Virus record (IMG/VR): IMGVR_UViG_3300034103_001442
Location: 87,741 to 151,740 of that record
DNA length: 64,000 nucleotides
Source: a virus
Reading direction: 5' to 3' (one strand)
Numbering within the stretch: position 1 is the stretch's first letter; each line of letters begins with the position of its first letter. The notes under the pieces are model-generated. The model saw only the letters and a program-made list of their open reading frames with translations, ran no database searches and had not been told where the DNA came from. A program made the position numbers and the translations under genes. Positions 43,664 through 53,330 of the stretch are shown in pieces.

Positions 43664-44158
43664 CTAGAGAACAGCGATATTGTAACGTTGGTACCTGAAT
43701 GTGGCGCTTGCTTCAACATAGTTAACATCTGTATCAGTTGTAAGAAAGTCAATGTCACTCAGTGATGTTGGGAAGATGTTGAAAAAATCGATAGTAATAT
43801 TCGGACGCATAGCACTGGTCATAACAATAAGATTTGCATCTAGTTTCAGTGCTTGATTGTTGTATTGGGTGAATGACTCTGGCGCACCGAGTTCAACCAT
43901 CCAGTTGTAAATTTCTAGATAATTCTTCAAGTCTTCATCGACTTTGAATGACACCATCAATTGATTATAGTCCAGTCTACTATTTAGAGGAATAGTTGAG
44001 AATGGGGTTGGCACTGTGCTAAAGTCCAAATTGACCCCAGGCAGCATTGTTCGTTGTACATTGTATGATAGGTTTGGGGCACGGTTGAGTGAAAACTTAA
44101 ACCCAAGTGGGGATAAAAAGTTTTTACTCTCAGGGATGTTTGTTACATTTGTTGGCAT
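43664..44158 (-). CDS. 3: tail completion / sheath stabilizer
   Basis: NFLSPLGFKF, FKVDEDLKNYLEIYNW, FPTSLS. Confidence 0.9.
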   Translation of the reverse strand: MPTNVTNIPESKNFLSPLGFKFSLNRAPNLSYNVQRTMLPGVNLDFSTVPTPFSTIPLNSRLDYNQLMVSFKVDEDLKNYLEIYNWMVELGAPESFTQYNNQALKLDANLIVMTSAMRPNITIDFFNIFPTSLSDIDFLTTDTDVNYVEASATFRYQRYNIAVL

Positions 44159-44174
44159 ACTATTATTTAGGCAT

Positions 44175-44202
44175 AAAAAAAGGGGAGCATTTCTGCTCCC
44201 CT
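44175..44202 (-). terminator. terminator after gp23
   Basis: AGGGGAGCA-GAAA-TGCTCCCCT-T6. Confidence 0.8.
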
Positions 44203-44227
44203 CTTAGTACAACCCTTGTTGTTTTTA

Positions 44228-45577
44228 TTACATGAGGTTGTTGACAAGCACGCGACGGTAGTACTTGTTGACATCTTGCTCGAGTGTAGCTGTTGCATCT
44301 GCAGCAGTTGTACCCTTCGCAAATGGGTTTGGTGCCATACCATAACGTGTCTTGAAGCCAATTTTTGGCTGGAAGGTGTCTGGATCGACGGCACGAACCA
44401 TCTGGAGTGGAACGTATGGGCAGTAGAACAAGCCAGCATCGAATGGTGATGTACCCTTATAACCAACAACCATATAGTTGGTTGCAGCATATGGGTCAAT
44501 GTACACCTTCAAGCGACCGTTTAGAACACCAGCAAATGTGTTGCCTGTGTCGTCAACGTTCAATGCGTTGCTGTTGAGGGCTGGAGCATAATCCAGAACA
44601 CCAGCCATCTGCAATGCTGACGCTACGTCAGATGAGCAGAGGATGATGTTACCCTTACCGCGACGTGTCTGCTTGGCGATTTGGTTTGCTTCGCGCTCGA
44701 CTTGGAACATAAGTCCCTTGAACTTCTCAACTGACCAACGACCATTTGAGTCTGTGTCGAGGTCAAAGATACCTGAAGCAGTTGTACCTTCAGTTGCACC
44801 CTTCTCAGCAGTGATGATTACTGAACGGACAACCTCGCGGTTGATTTCAGCAAGAATTTCTGCAGAAAGAATGTTTGAAAGTTCTGTTTCAGCGTCAAGA
44901 CCGTGAATTGCCTTCAAGTCCTGTGCGAGTTCAAGACTGTATTCAGCCTTCAATGCGCGTGTTTTAGCAGAAACTGTTACCTTCTCGATTGAGAAGCCCA
45001 TTTGTGGGAATGTGCCTGTTGCGCCCAACTTTTCAGCTGAACCAAGGAGCAAGCCCATTGCGTAGTTGTATGTGCTGTTACCAGCGTTGTTTGAGGCATA
45101 GATGCCTGCTGATACAACGTTAGCACCAACAGATGTAGCACCTGAAGCGCCAGTGTTTGCAGCGTCAAGACCTGCGCCAAGACGTGATGCATGACCTGTG
45201 TTTGCTTCGTTATAGAATGCTTCATCAGTTAATGCGGTTGAGTTTGCATACTTTGTACGCATTGCGAAAATCAGACCTGTTGGACCTGTCATTGGCTGAA
45301 CGCCGCAGATGTCATAGGCAACGAGGTTTGGCATTGCGCGACGAACCAGTGAGATCAACACTGGGTCAAAGTTTGATGCGTTTCCTGCGACGTTTACTGG
45401 TGCGGCTTCGCCAAGTAGTTGTTGTGAACCACCGAGCAATGCTGCTTCGTTTAGTGCCTTCTCAGTGTTCTCAAGAACCTGAGCAGTAACCATACGACGG
45501 TAAGCGTCCTTAATTTCTGGAAGATCAGAGTGATCAAGCACTGGCTTCCACTTGTTTTGAATTTCCTCAGCTAACAT
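44228..45577 (-). CDS. 23: major capsid protein
   Basis: GVQPMTGPTGLIFAMR, ELAQDLKAIHGLDAE, FQPKIGFKTRYG. Confidence 0.98.
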   Translation of the reverse strand: MLAEEIQNKWKPVLDHSDLPEIKDAYRRMVTAQVLENTEKALNEAALLGGSQQLLGEAAPVNVAGNASNFDPVLISLVRRAMPNLVAYDICGVQPMTGPTGLIFAMRTKYANSTALTDEAFYNEANTGHASRLGAGLDAANTGASGATSVGANVVSAGIYASNNAGNSTYNYAMGLLLGSAEKLGATGTFPQMGFSIEKVTVSAKTRALKAEYSLELAQDLKAIHGLDAETELSNILSAEILAEINREVVRSVIITAEKGATEGTTASGIFDLDTDSNGRWSVEKFKGLMFQVEREANQIAKQTRRGKGNIILCSSDVASALQMAGVLDYAPALNSNALNVDDTGNTFAGVLNGRLKVYIDPYAATNYMVVGYKGTSPFDAGLFYCPYVPLQMVRAVDPDTFQPKIGFKTRYGMAPNPFAKGTTAADATATLEQDVNKYYRRVLVNNLM

Positions 45578-45624
45578 TTTTCTTAACTCCCTTTGGGTTG
45601 GTTATTTGTAGTAAAAAATATTTA

Positions 45625-46599
45625 TTATTTTAACGTTCTTGAAATTGCACTGACGTACTTGGCCATGTGTGCTGGTACTGGCGCAGCAACAGGCTCAACC
45701 GCCTCAGTTTCTTCCGTCACGATATTCGTTGCAGGCTTTTCTTTCTTAGCAAAGTATTGCTCTTTGATAACTTGCAACTTCTTGCGGTAAGCATCAACAT
45801 CGGCGAAATCCACACCCTCTGAAAGTGTACGGAATTTTTCGACTTGAGTTGCCACAAGACCTTCTGCAACTTCATCAAATGTAGTCTGCTTTTCGGCTTC
45901 ATTGATGACGTTTTGCAATTCGATGTTCTTATTAATTTCTTCGTCGAGTTTGGCTTGGATCTCTTCGATACGTGCGCTCAATTCGCCAAGAACGTCAACC
46001 TTCTCTTCTGGAATGTTGATGTATGACTCTGTGAACAACTTGTGGAGACCGCCAATAAATTCTTCAGCAATCTCTGAACGTAGTGATTCAACGAGTGCAA
46101 TCTCGTTTTCCTTGACCCATGTCTCAACGACATAATCCATATACTGATCTACCTTTGATGATAGGTCGTCTTGGAATAGGGCTACGGCTTCCTCGATTTT
46201 CTTTTCTGTTTCTTCTTCGAGACGTGCCTTTTCGATTGTGAGGCGAGCATTGACTGCTGCTTCGAAAATTGTTACTGTCTTTTCCTTGAACTCTTCAGTT
46301 AGAGTTTCGCCAGCAAACATTTCTTCAACGTCTTCCTTGGCGACTAACTTTGGCATTGGCATTTGACCAAGACCTGTTTGGCCAGGAGCAGTTGCAGATG
46401 GTGTCTTTTCTGCTTCCTTACCGATTTGAGCGAGCGCGTCATTCAGGAACTTTGAAAGATCCTCTTTACCAAGTTGTGCCATTAATGACGTGAATGTAGC
46501 AAGCATCTCAGCCTTTGATGGAGATGGCTTGAGTGTATCTGCTGCTGCAGTTTCGTCGATTTTCTCAACGACTTCAGTGTTCTGATCTGACATTTGCAA
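45625..46599 (-). CDS. 22: prohead core scaffold protein
   Basis: EEFKEK..TIFEAAV, Y.DYVVE.W; late promoter 46624-46631. Confidence 0.92.
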   Translation of the reverse strand: MQMSDQNTEVVEKIDETAAADTLKPSPSKAEMLATFTSLMAQLGKEDLSKFLNDALAQIGKEAEKTPSATAPGQTGLGQMPMPKLVAKEDVEEMFAGETLTEEFKEKTVTIFEAAVNARLTIEKARLEEETEKKIEEAVALFQDDLSSKVDQYMDYVVETWVKENEIALVESLRSEIAEEFIGGLHKLFTESYINIPEEKVDVLGELSARIEEIQAKLDEEINKNIELQNVINEAEKQTTFDEVAEGLVATQVEKFRTLSEGVDFADVDAYRKKLQVIKEQYFAKKEKPATNIVTEETEAVEPVAAPVPAHMAKYVSAISRTLK

Positions 46600-46622
46600 A
46601 ACTCCTTTAGGATATTTTTTAT

Positions 46623-47291
46623 TTATTTATAATTTGAGGATTTAGAAATTTCGTTGAGAAACTTCTCGAAAATTGCTAACTTTTTGGATTCGTCCAACTT
46701 CTTAACCTTTGATGCTTTTTCAATGGCGGCTTTTGCTTCTCTAGCAACAAGCATATCATTTTCCCAGCACCACTCTACACCTTCCATAATACCATTGACG
46801 AAAGCGTCTGGTGCTGATGGATCAGCCACGATGTCAGCGGCTGTTGCGAGGTAAAAATCATTTTGAACTTCATTGACACCTTCTTTGTTCAGTTTCAATG
46901 AACCCATGCCGCGTGATGACACGCCGATTGTGACGCCTTCACCGATAAGGTTACGAACGATGGCACCCATTGGGGTCTCCATGATCTTTGCTTTACCGAT
47001 AAAGTTGCTACCATCGCGACGCAGTTCAACAATTTTATGTGATACGCGGTCAAGGTTGATTGTTGGACCATCTGGGTGACCGAGTTCGCCAAGAGCACGA
47101 CCTTTTTGAACATATTGTTCATTGTAGCGGCTAACTTCTTTATCTAAAACTTCAATTGGATACATACGTCCATTGCGGTTTTTAATTCCACCTTGAAGAA
47201 AAACACCTTCGATATAGAGATTTTTCTTACCGTTTTCTTTTGTTTCGGTAACGTATTTTAGATCTTCAACGACTTCCGTGATCAGTTTCAT
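46623..47291 (-). CDS. 21: prohead protease
   Basis: KNRNGRMYP, ALGELGHP, GVSSRGMGS, DIVADPSAPDA. Confidence 0.96.
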   Translation of the reverse strand: MKLITEVVEDLKYVTETKENGKKNLYIEGVFLQGGIKNRNGRMYPIEVLDKEVSRYNEQYVQKGRALGELGHPDGPTINLDRVSHKIVELRRDGSNFIGKAKIMETPMGAIVRNLIGEGVTIGVSSRGMGSLKLNKEGVNEVQNDFYLATAADIVADPSAPDAFVNGIMEGVEWCWENDMLVAREAKAAIEKASKVKKLDESKKLAIFEKFLNEISKSSNYK

Positions 47292-47301
47292 TTGCTATAC
47301 C

Positions 47302-47676
47302 TTATGAATTGTTATAGTCAGAGGTAAATTGTCCGACCTTTTGACACTCAAGCATAATGTATGCGTTTGCCGTTCCAACATAGTTGATTACAAGATTTGC
47401 GCTTTGTCCAACAGTGATTGGAATTCCGCAACCAGCATAATCTTTTTGACCAGTTGATTCATAAACTGCAACAAGTGTTGATCCACGTAAAACTTGAATA
47501 TGACCGCCATCAGTACCCCAAACCGCTTGGGCGATATAGGCGCCAGTCAAAATTTCATTTGATGTAGCAACGTTGCTAACACTATTATTACCTGCAACAA
47601 TAATTGTACTATTGCCAGGTGTTGAGTGAACAACAAACGCTGTATTTTTACGGTTTGATGTAATTGTGTATGCCAT
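47302..47676 (-). CDS. hypothetical virion-cluster protein
   Basis: Beta-rich ORF between prohead core genes and gp21. Confidence 0.7.
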   Translation of the reverse strand: MAYTITSNRKNTAFVVHSTPGNSTIIVAGNNSVSNVATSNEILTGAYIAQAVWGTDGGHIQVLRGSTLVAVYESTGQKDYAGCGIPITVGQSANLVINYVGTANAYIMLECQKVGQFTSDYNNS

Positions 47677-48392
47677 TATTCAAGGTTCCTATTTTTGATA
47701 GCAAAATCAAGCATTGTATCAAGACCACCTTTTTCGATAGCCTCAACAAACTTTTCTTGATTTTCTTCAGTCAATTTACCAAATACTGAAAGCATCAGTG
47801 TTTTATTTGATTCATTTAGTGAAGAAAGTAAGTCTTCAATTTTTTCTTCAGCGCGGAGTTTCTTTAGTACTGCCCCAGCAACACGTTCACCTGCTGCCTT
47901 TGAGCCATACTTTTTGGCTGCTGATGCAGCAATTTTTGAAAACTGCTTACCCTTTTTGCCAATATCTTTTCCAGCGGCTGCGGCTTTGGCTGAGTAACCA
48001 GCCTTTTCTTCGATTGATTCAACTTCTTCAGTTGCTGGAACCTTGACTGCGCCCTTACCCATGGCACCGATTTTTTTGAATGCTAACTCACGACCTTTTG
48101 AACGATCTTTTTTAGTGTCAGCAAATGCTTTTTCTCGGTATTTGTTAACTTTAGAAGCAGAAATTTCATCGATTTGTTCGACTTCTTCATAGACTTTTTC
48201 ATCTTCTCCTGGCTCATGGCCATGGGCTTCCTTCTTTCGGTCTATCTTTTTAACCTTCGCGCCAGCGAAAACGTCATCACCATTTCCATTGCGGTCTGGT
48301 GTTTTTGCGACAACGTGCTTGTCGACAAACTTTTGTTCATCGGCTGCTTTTGGCTTGTATAGTTCCAAAAAGTCTTTAAGTGTTTTCGCCAT
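47676..48392 (-). CDS. prohead core / internal head protein candidate
   Basis: Lys/Glu-rich with I/V-x-E sites (VYEE, QIDE, SIEE); located in head cluster. Confidence 0.65.
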   Translation of the reverse strand: MAKTLKDFLELYKPKAADEQKFVDKHVVAKTPDRNGNGDDVFAGAKVKKIDRKKEAHGHEPGEDEKVYEEVEQIDEISASKVNKYREKAFADTKKDRSKGRELAFKKIGAMGKGAVKVPATEEVESIEEKAGYSAKAAAAGKDIGKKGKQFSKIAASAAKKYGSKAAGERVAGAVLKKLRAEEKIEDLLSSLNESNKTLMLSVFGKLTEENQEKFVEAIEKGGLDTMLDFAIKNRNLE

Positions 48393-48726
48393 CTTCTAAT
48401 TCCTCTGAATCTAATAAGTCCGCAAGTTGCGCATCTAATTCTTCATCTCCGATATCGGCTGGCAAATTATCCCAGTCGATCTCGTCTTCTAAATCTGTTT
48501 CTGCCTCTGCTTCATCTTCAACAGTCTCGTTTTCTTCGTTTTGTTCAACTTCAGGGACGTCTACTGTTTCTTCGTCCTCATTAGCGAACATAGATTTAGC
48601 AACATCAACTTTCAAAGCAGCAATTGCATCACTCGCTTTTTGACCGATGATTTCGTTGAATGCATCAGAAAAACTTGTTGGCTGCTTTTCAAAAGCAAAA
48701 TTAATCAAATCAGCAGTTGTTGGCAT
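48376..48726 (-). CDS. acidic prohead core protein (gp67-like)
   Basis: Start MPTTADL after GGAGG; late promoter 48744-48751; very acidic. Confidence 0.7.
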   Translation of the reverse strand: MPTTADLINFAFEKQPTSFSDAFNEIIGQKASDAIAALKVDVAKSMFANEDEETVDVPEVEQNEENETVEDEAEAETDLEDEIDWDNLPADIGDEELDAQLADLLDSEELEDGENT

Positions 48727-48754
48727 ATATCCTCCAATCCTTTTATTTATAAAT

Positions 48755-50332
48755 TCATTCAACGCCAACCATGTCCTGTCCTGGTTGCCCTTCATCTTGA
48801 GCACCACCAGGAGCAGCGGCTTGTTGTTGTGGTAACGGTTCTTGATACTGAGGGTTGTCTTGTTCTTCCTCAATTTGTTTATCAATTTCCTTCATATCTT
48901 CTTCAGTTTGATATAGAACATTGCGACGAACCCATTCATTTGAATAGTAACGTCCAACAAAGTCAGACATATCACGCATCATTGAGACACGGTCACGCAA
49001 AATTTCTGTATTGCGCAATTCGGCAAAGTGATTGTCTTGAGCAAACTCATACTTGAAGGCATCTTTAAACTCAGCCCAGTCTTCACTGGTGATAATACCC
49101 TTGAGGATAAGTTGTTTTTCAAGACATTTGTTAAACAGTTCGGCAAATTTTGCGCGCAAACGTGTGATAAACTTTGAAAACTTCACTTCATCGCGGCTGA
49201 TCTCAGTTGCACGACCCAAGTTGAATTGAGCCTCTGGATCAAGTCTTGTAACAGGAACGTTTAGAGCCTTATACAAACGACGCTGGAAGTAAACGATATC
49301 ATCAATTTCTCCCAAGTTTTGACCGCCTGGCAATGTTGTAATTTCTGTTCCCTTACCGCCTTCACGACGTGGTAGCCAGAAATCTTCAAGCATTGTCATA
49401 AACTTACGGTCATCACGAACTTCACCTGTTTGTGAGTCATATACAAGTTTGTTCTTAAACTTGGTCATGATGTCACGGAGGTATTGCTCAGCCTTCATTT
49501 TTGGAAGGTTACCAACATCGATGTAGAAAATACGACGTTCAGGTGCACGTGAAATACGATAAATGACCAGCGAATCTTCCATAGACTTCAACTGGTTTAG
49601 TGGTTTGATTGCTTTATGTAAGTAACCAACAACCAAGTCGCCATTGACGTTTACGAGTCCACTGGTTACATGGACGATAGAGTCTTTGGCAATTTTAATT
49701 CCTGTTTGACCACTTTGACTGAAGTCAGCAGTACCAGCGGCTTTGGTTTGAAAACCCTTATCGCTGTACATGTAAAATTCTTCAATATCAGAAACAACAC
49801 TGACATTGTTTTTAACTTTTTTCTTTTTGACTTGTTTGACTTTACGCATTTTGCGTGGGTCAATGTAACGCAATTCTTTTAAACCAGCACGTGGGTTTTC
49901 GTCGTCGATTATAAAATGATAATACAAACGACCATCAACATACCATTTACGGAATATTTCATATGCGTGTTGGTTAAATTCAAGAATCTGCTTGACGTTG
50001 TTAAACTCATCAAGGATCATCTTTTTGATATTGTCTGGTTGCTTTAGGTCATCCAAATTTAATTCAACAATTTCTTTTTTTGGATCAGCAACGATTGCTT
50101 CATTTACAATATCATCTACAGCATAGTCGATTTCTGGATATGTTGCCATATCACGGTAGCGAGTGACCAGTTCGCCTTCTGTTCTAATTGACCCATCAAG
50201 GTCAACATACATACCATACACGCCACCCTCGGCAACGACAACTGCGCCGTCCTCATTGAGCGGTGGTGCAAATGAAGGGGAGGGAGCCTCCTCCTTTTTA
50301 CGTTCAATTTTGAAACCGAATAATTCAGCCAT
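48755..50332 (-). CDS. 20: portal protein
   Basis: RISRAPERRIFYIDVGNLPK, EDFWLPRREGGKGTEI. Confidence 0.98.
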   Translation of the reverse strand: MAELFGFKIERKKEEAPSPSFAPPLNEDGAVVVAEGGVYGMYVDLDGSIRTEGELVTRYRDMATYPEIDYAVDDIVNEAIVADPKKEIVELNLDDLKQPDNIKKMILDEFNNVKQILEFNQHAYEIFRKWYVDGRLYYHFIIDDENPRAGLKELRYIDPRKMRKVKQVKKKKVKNNVSVVSDIEEFYMYSDKGFQTKAAGTADFSQSGQTGIKIAKDSIVHVTSGLVNVNGDLVVGYLHKAIKPLNQLKSMEDSLVIYRISRAPERRIFYIDVGNLPKMKAEQYLRDIMTKFKNKLVYDSQTGEVRDDRKFMTMLEDFWLPRREGGKGTEITTLPGGQNLGEIDDIVYFQRRLYKALNVPVTRLDPEAQFNLGRATEISRDEVKFSKFITRLRAKFAELFNKCLEKQLILKGIITSEDWAEFKDAFKYEFAQDNHFAELRNTEILRDRVSMMRDMSDFVGRYYSNEWVRRNVLYQTEEDMKEIDKQIEEEQDNPQYQEPLPQQQAAAPGGAQDEGQPGQDMVGVE

Positions 50333-50389
50333 TTACGGAAACTCCAAAAATATAAAAAGACAGAAGGGAGGTGTTACCCTCCCAATCTA

Positions 50390-50923
50390 TCAAGCGCCAC
50401 CAGCGTTCCCTGTAACTCCACCTGTAACAGTCCAATAATCGTACTGGAATTCAACTTGGAATGTCTCATAAGTATCGATGTCGCCCCAGTTGAGGTCAAT
50501 GTTTGACACAACAATTGGGAACAAACCGCTGAAAGTGTATTCTCTCAGAATTTTACCATCTTTACCGAATTGAGTTACTTGAGCATCAGACTTGTAACTT
50601 GAAAGAGCGCGAACGTTACCTTGTAGACGATTGATCTGGTTTGACCATGTTTCAAGTGCGTTGCGGATTTTGAAGTCTTCATCGTTGATTACGGTGACAG
50701 TCCAAGGATCGAATGTTCGATCGCCAGCCAGTTTTAACTGACGACCGAAATATGGAACCTGAATTGTACCGAGGTTTGATGCTGGTAGGGCTGCTGCTTG
50801 TACCATAAATGGCACCTTAATATTAGCAGCAGCGTCTTTTGTATCAATTTGTACGCGGAATAGATTTGGTCTTGCGCCGCCACCAGCCAGTTGGCTTCTA
50901 ATTTCATTAATACTGAAAGCCAT
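50390..50923 (-). CDS. 19: tail tube protein
   Basis: GGARPNLF, LAGDRTFDPWTVTVINDEDF. Confidence 0.97.
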   Translation of the reverse strand: MAFSINEIRSQLAGGGARPNLFRVQIDTKDAAANIKVPFMVQAAALPASNLGTIQVPYFGRQLKLAGDRTFDPWTVTVINDEDFKIRNALETWSNQINRLQGNVRALSSYKSDAQVTQFGKDGKILREYTFSGLFPIVVSNIDLNWGDIDTYETFQVEFQYDYWTVTGGVTGNAGGA

Positions 50924-50951
50924 TTTGTCTTTCTCCTTTTATCCTTATTTA

Positions 50952-53276
50952 TTAGAACTGGCCAACGACTTCGTTGAACTCTACACCAGAGCGTACTGCC
51001 ACGAAATTCAACTGGATGAAGTTGATTGACTTGGCTGGCTTGATATAGATGTCACCAACAAATCTGTTACCATCAATAACTTCAGCGGTGTTGTTTGTTT
51101 CATCGCAAACAACGCGGAAGTCATAGATGCCACGGCGACCCTGAATATCACGCAGGAATGGTTCAACTAGATTTTTGAACTGTGCGCGTGTAAACTCATC
51201 GTTGAACTCGAACAACATAGCGTTTGCAGCAGTTGCAATCGCTTTTTCGAGAACGATGAACAGGCGACGAACGTTGATTCGGTCAAATGCACTTGGCTTA
51301 CCGAGAAGTGTTTTATCTCCGTAAAGCACTGTGCCTTGTCCTGGGAACGTTACAACTGGGTTGACACCCTTCTTGTAAAGTTCATCACGCTCTGCCTTGT
51401 TTGGATTCCAAGCAAGTTTGACAACATTCTTAACTTGACCACGATTAAATCCAGCTGGTGAGAACCATGGATCGCGGAGGTCATCATTACGTGCTGTCAT
51501 ACCTGCTGTATCGCCGTTGAGTGGGATCCAACGGTAAATGTCGTTATACTTATCGTACTGGTACTTGTAACCTGAGTCCATTACAGCATAAGAAGATGCT
51601 CTTACGTTGTCGCGGAATGCAGTTACGTTTGTTACTTGTGCGCCATCAACACCTGCGCCGAACACGTCAGCCTTTTCTGGTGATAAGAATACCACGCAGT
51701 CTTTTCTGACTTCAGCAACGTTGTCGATGATGTAGTTGGCAAGTTGTGCCCCACCGCTTGAACCGCGTGCTGGACCAGTCATCACCAGTGAAATATCCAC
51801 TGCTGAAGTGTCAGCAAACAAGTCATAAGCAGTAGCCAATGAAGCAACTGACACGCCTGTTTCTGAACCGCCCTCACGACCACCGATGAATGACTCAGTG
51901 TACGGTGTTGTTTCAGTTGATGCGGCAACTAGTGCTGCTGTTGCAGATGCCGCCCCAGTGCGATCGTTTGCTGCCCAAACATACTTGGAGAAGTCATTAA
52001 TGACTGTCTTGTAATATGCTGATGAACCGTCACTATTTTTTGCATCAGTTGAACGTGAGAGGTTTTGGAACACTTCAAGAACTGTTCCTACTGAACCTGA
52101 AATTTCTCCATTTTCGTCAGCAACTACAACACTGAGTTGATCAACTACTGATCTACCAGCATTTGTAACAGAGTCGGAAATTCCTGGTGCTGTATCAACT
52201 ACGTTGTGGTATTCCCAGTAACGTGCAAAGTTGTTGCTTGAAATATTTGTTGAAAGTTTTAATGGGCTCTCAAACGTTACTGAGAAGTGGGCAACGTTTG
52301 GCGTTGCACCACCACTGGTGTCCGTTTGTACAATGTCGCCGATTGTTTTGATCTTCAACTTCTGCTTACCGATAGTTGTGTTACCAACTTCGATATAGTC
52401 GCCAACGATCAATTTAGCCTTGACTGCTGTAGCAACAGTTGCTGTATTTGTAATACCAACCATGTTGCCTGTACCAACAAACACAGTCACGTTTGCGCTT
52501 GACTCATTTACTGTCATTGAGATACCAGAAGCGGTTCCTGGTACTGATGTTGAGTTTGATGACAATGTTGAGTTTGCAACTGTAGCAAATGGGTTGATTG
52601 TTGATGACCACTGATCTGCACTGTCGCAAACAGAAACTTTTAGTGAGTCGCCAATCAATCCTGGGTAACGAGCAACATACTCTACACCACTTGGTACTGT
52701 TACAGTTTCCCAATGGTCAGAGTTTTTAACAATCCAGCTGTTTCTTGACGCAGCAACTGCACTGTTTGCAGCAGCGTTGAATGACATGCTGTTAGCAAAG
52801 AACTGAATTGATTGTGTGCTGGCTACTGTTGAGTTACCGAGCGTTGCATTTTTTGAAATTGTAATTGTGCTGTTGTTTGCGGCTGATACGAAAGTATCGT
52901 CTGCGACACCTGAACCGTAAACACCATCACCTACTGACACGCCAATTGCTACACCGTTTGCAGTAACGATTGTGTTACCGTTGAGAGCAACAGACTGGGT
53001 GTTTGAGAAACCTGTTGTAACTGCAGCACGGCTAACATAGAGGCGATTGCCATATGCTAGAAAGTTTGCGGCAGTGAAGAATGTTTCTGCGTTGTCGTTG
53101 GTTGGTTTGCCGTACTTGGCAACTAAATTATTTTCTGAATCTATAAGGAGGAATTTTCCGACTGGTCCCCAACGGAAGACACCTGCAATAGCACCAGTTG
53201 TGGTTGCTACTGAAGGGACAACGGTAGTAAGATCAATCTCAGAAACATTAACTCCAGGGCTGACTTGAAACGCCAT
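50952..53276 (-). CDS. 18: tail sheath protein
   Basis: VSPGVNVSEIDLT, WFSPAG.NRG, FDRINVRRLF. Confidence 0.97.
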   Translation of the reverse strand: MAFQVSPGVNVSEIDLTTVVPSVATTTGAIAGVFRWGPVGKFLLIDSENNLVAKYGKPTNDNAETFFTAANFLAYGNRLYVSRAAVTTGFSNTQSVALNGNTIVTANGVAIGVSVGDGVYGSGVADDTFVSAANNSTITISKNATLGNSTVASTQSIQFFANSMSFNAAANSAVAASRNSWIVKNSDHWETVTVPSGVEYVARYPGLIGDSLKVSVCDSADQWSSTINPFATVANSTLSSNSTSVPGTASGISMTVNESSANVTVFVGTGNMVGITNTATVATAVKAKLIVGDYIEVGNTTIGKQKLKIKTIGDIVQTDTSGGATPNVAHFSVTFESPLKLSTNISSNNFARYWEYHNVVDTAPGISDSVTNAGRSVVDQLSVVVADENGEISGSVGTVLEVFQNLSRSTDAKNSDGSSAYYKTVINDFSKYVWAANDRTGAASATAALVAASTETTPYTESFIGGREGGSETGVSVASLATAYDLFADTSAVDISLVMTGPARGSSGGAQLANYIIDNVAEVRKDCVVFLSPEKADVFGAGVDGAQVTNVTAFRDNVRASSYAVMDSGYKYQYDKYNDIYRWIPLNGDTAGMTARNDDLRDPWFSPAGFNRGQVKNVVKLAWNPNKAERDELYKKGVNPVVTFPGQGTVLYGDKTLLGKPSAFDRINVRRLFIVLEKAIATAANAMLFEFNDEFTRAQFKNLVEPFLRDIQGRRGIYDFRVVCDETNNTAEVIDGNRFVGDIYIKPAKSINFIQLNFVAVRSGVEFNEVVGQF

Positions 53277-53322
53277 CTTGTAATCTCCCTTTGAAGGTGT
53301 TTATTGTGTTAATATCTTTTTT

Positions 53323-53330
53323 TATTTATA
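53323..53330 (-). promoter_or_regulatory. T4-type late promoter (gp18)
   Basis: TATAAATA. Confidence 0.8.
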
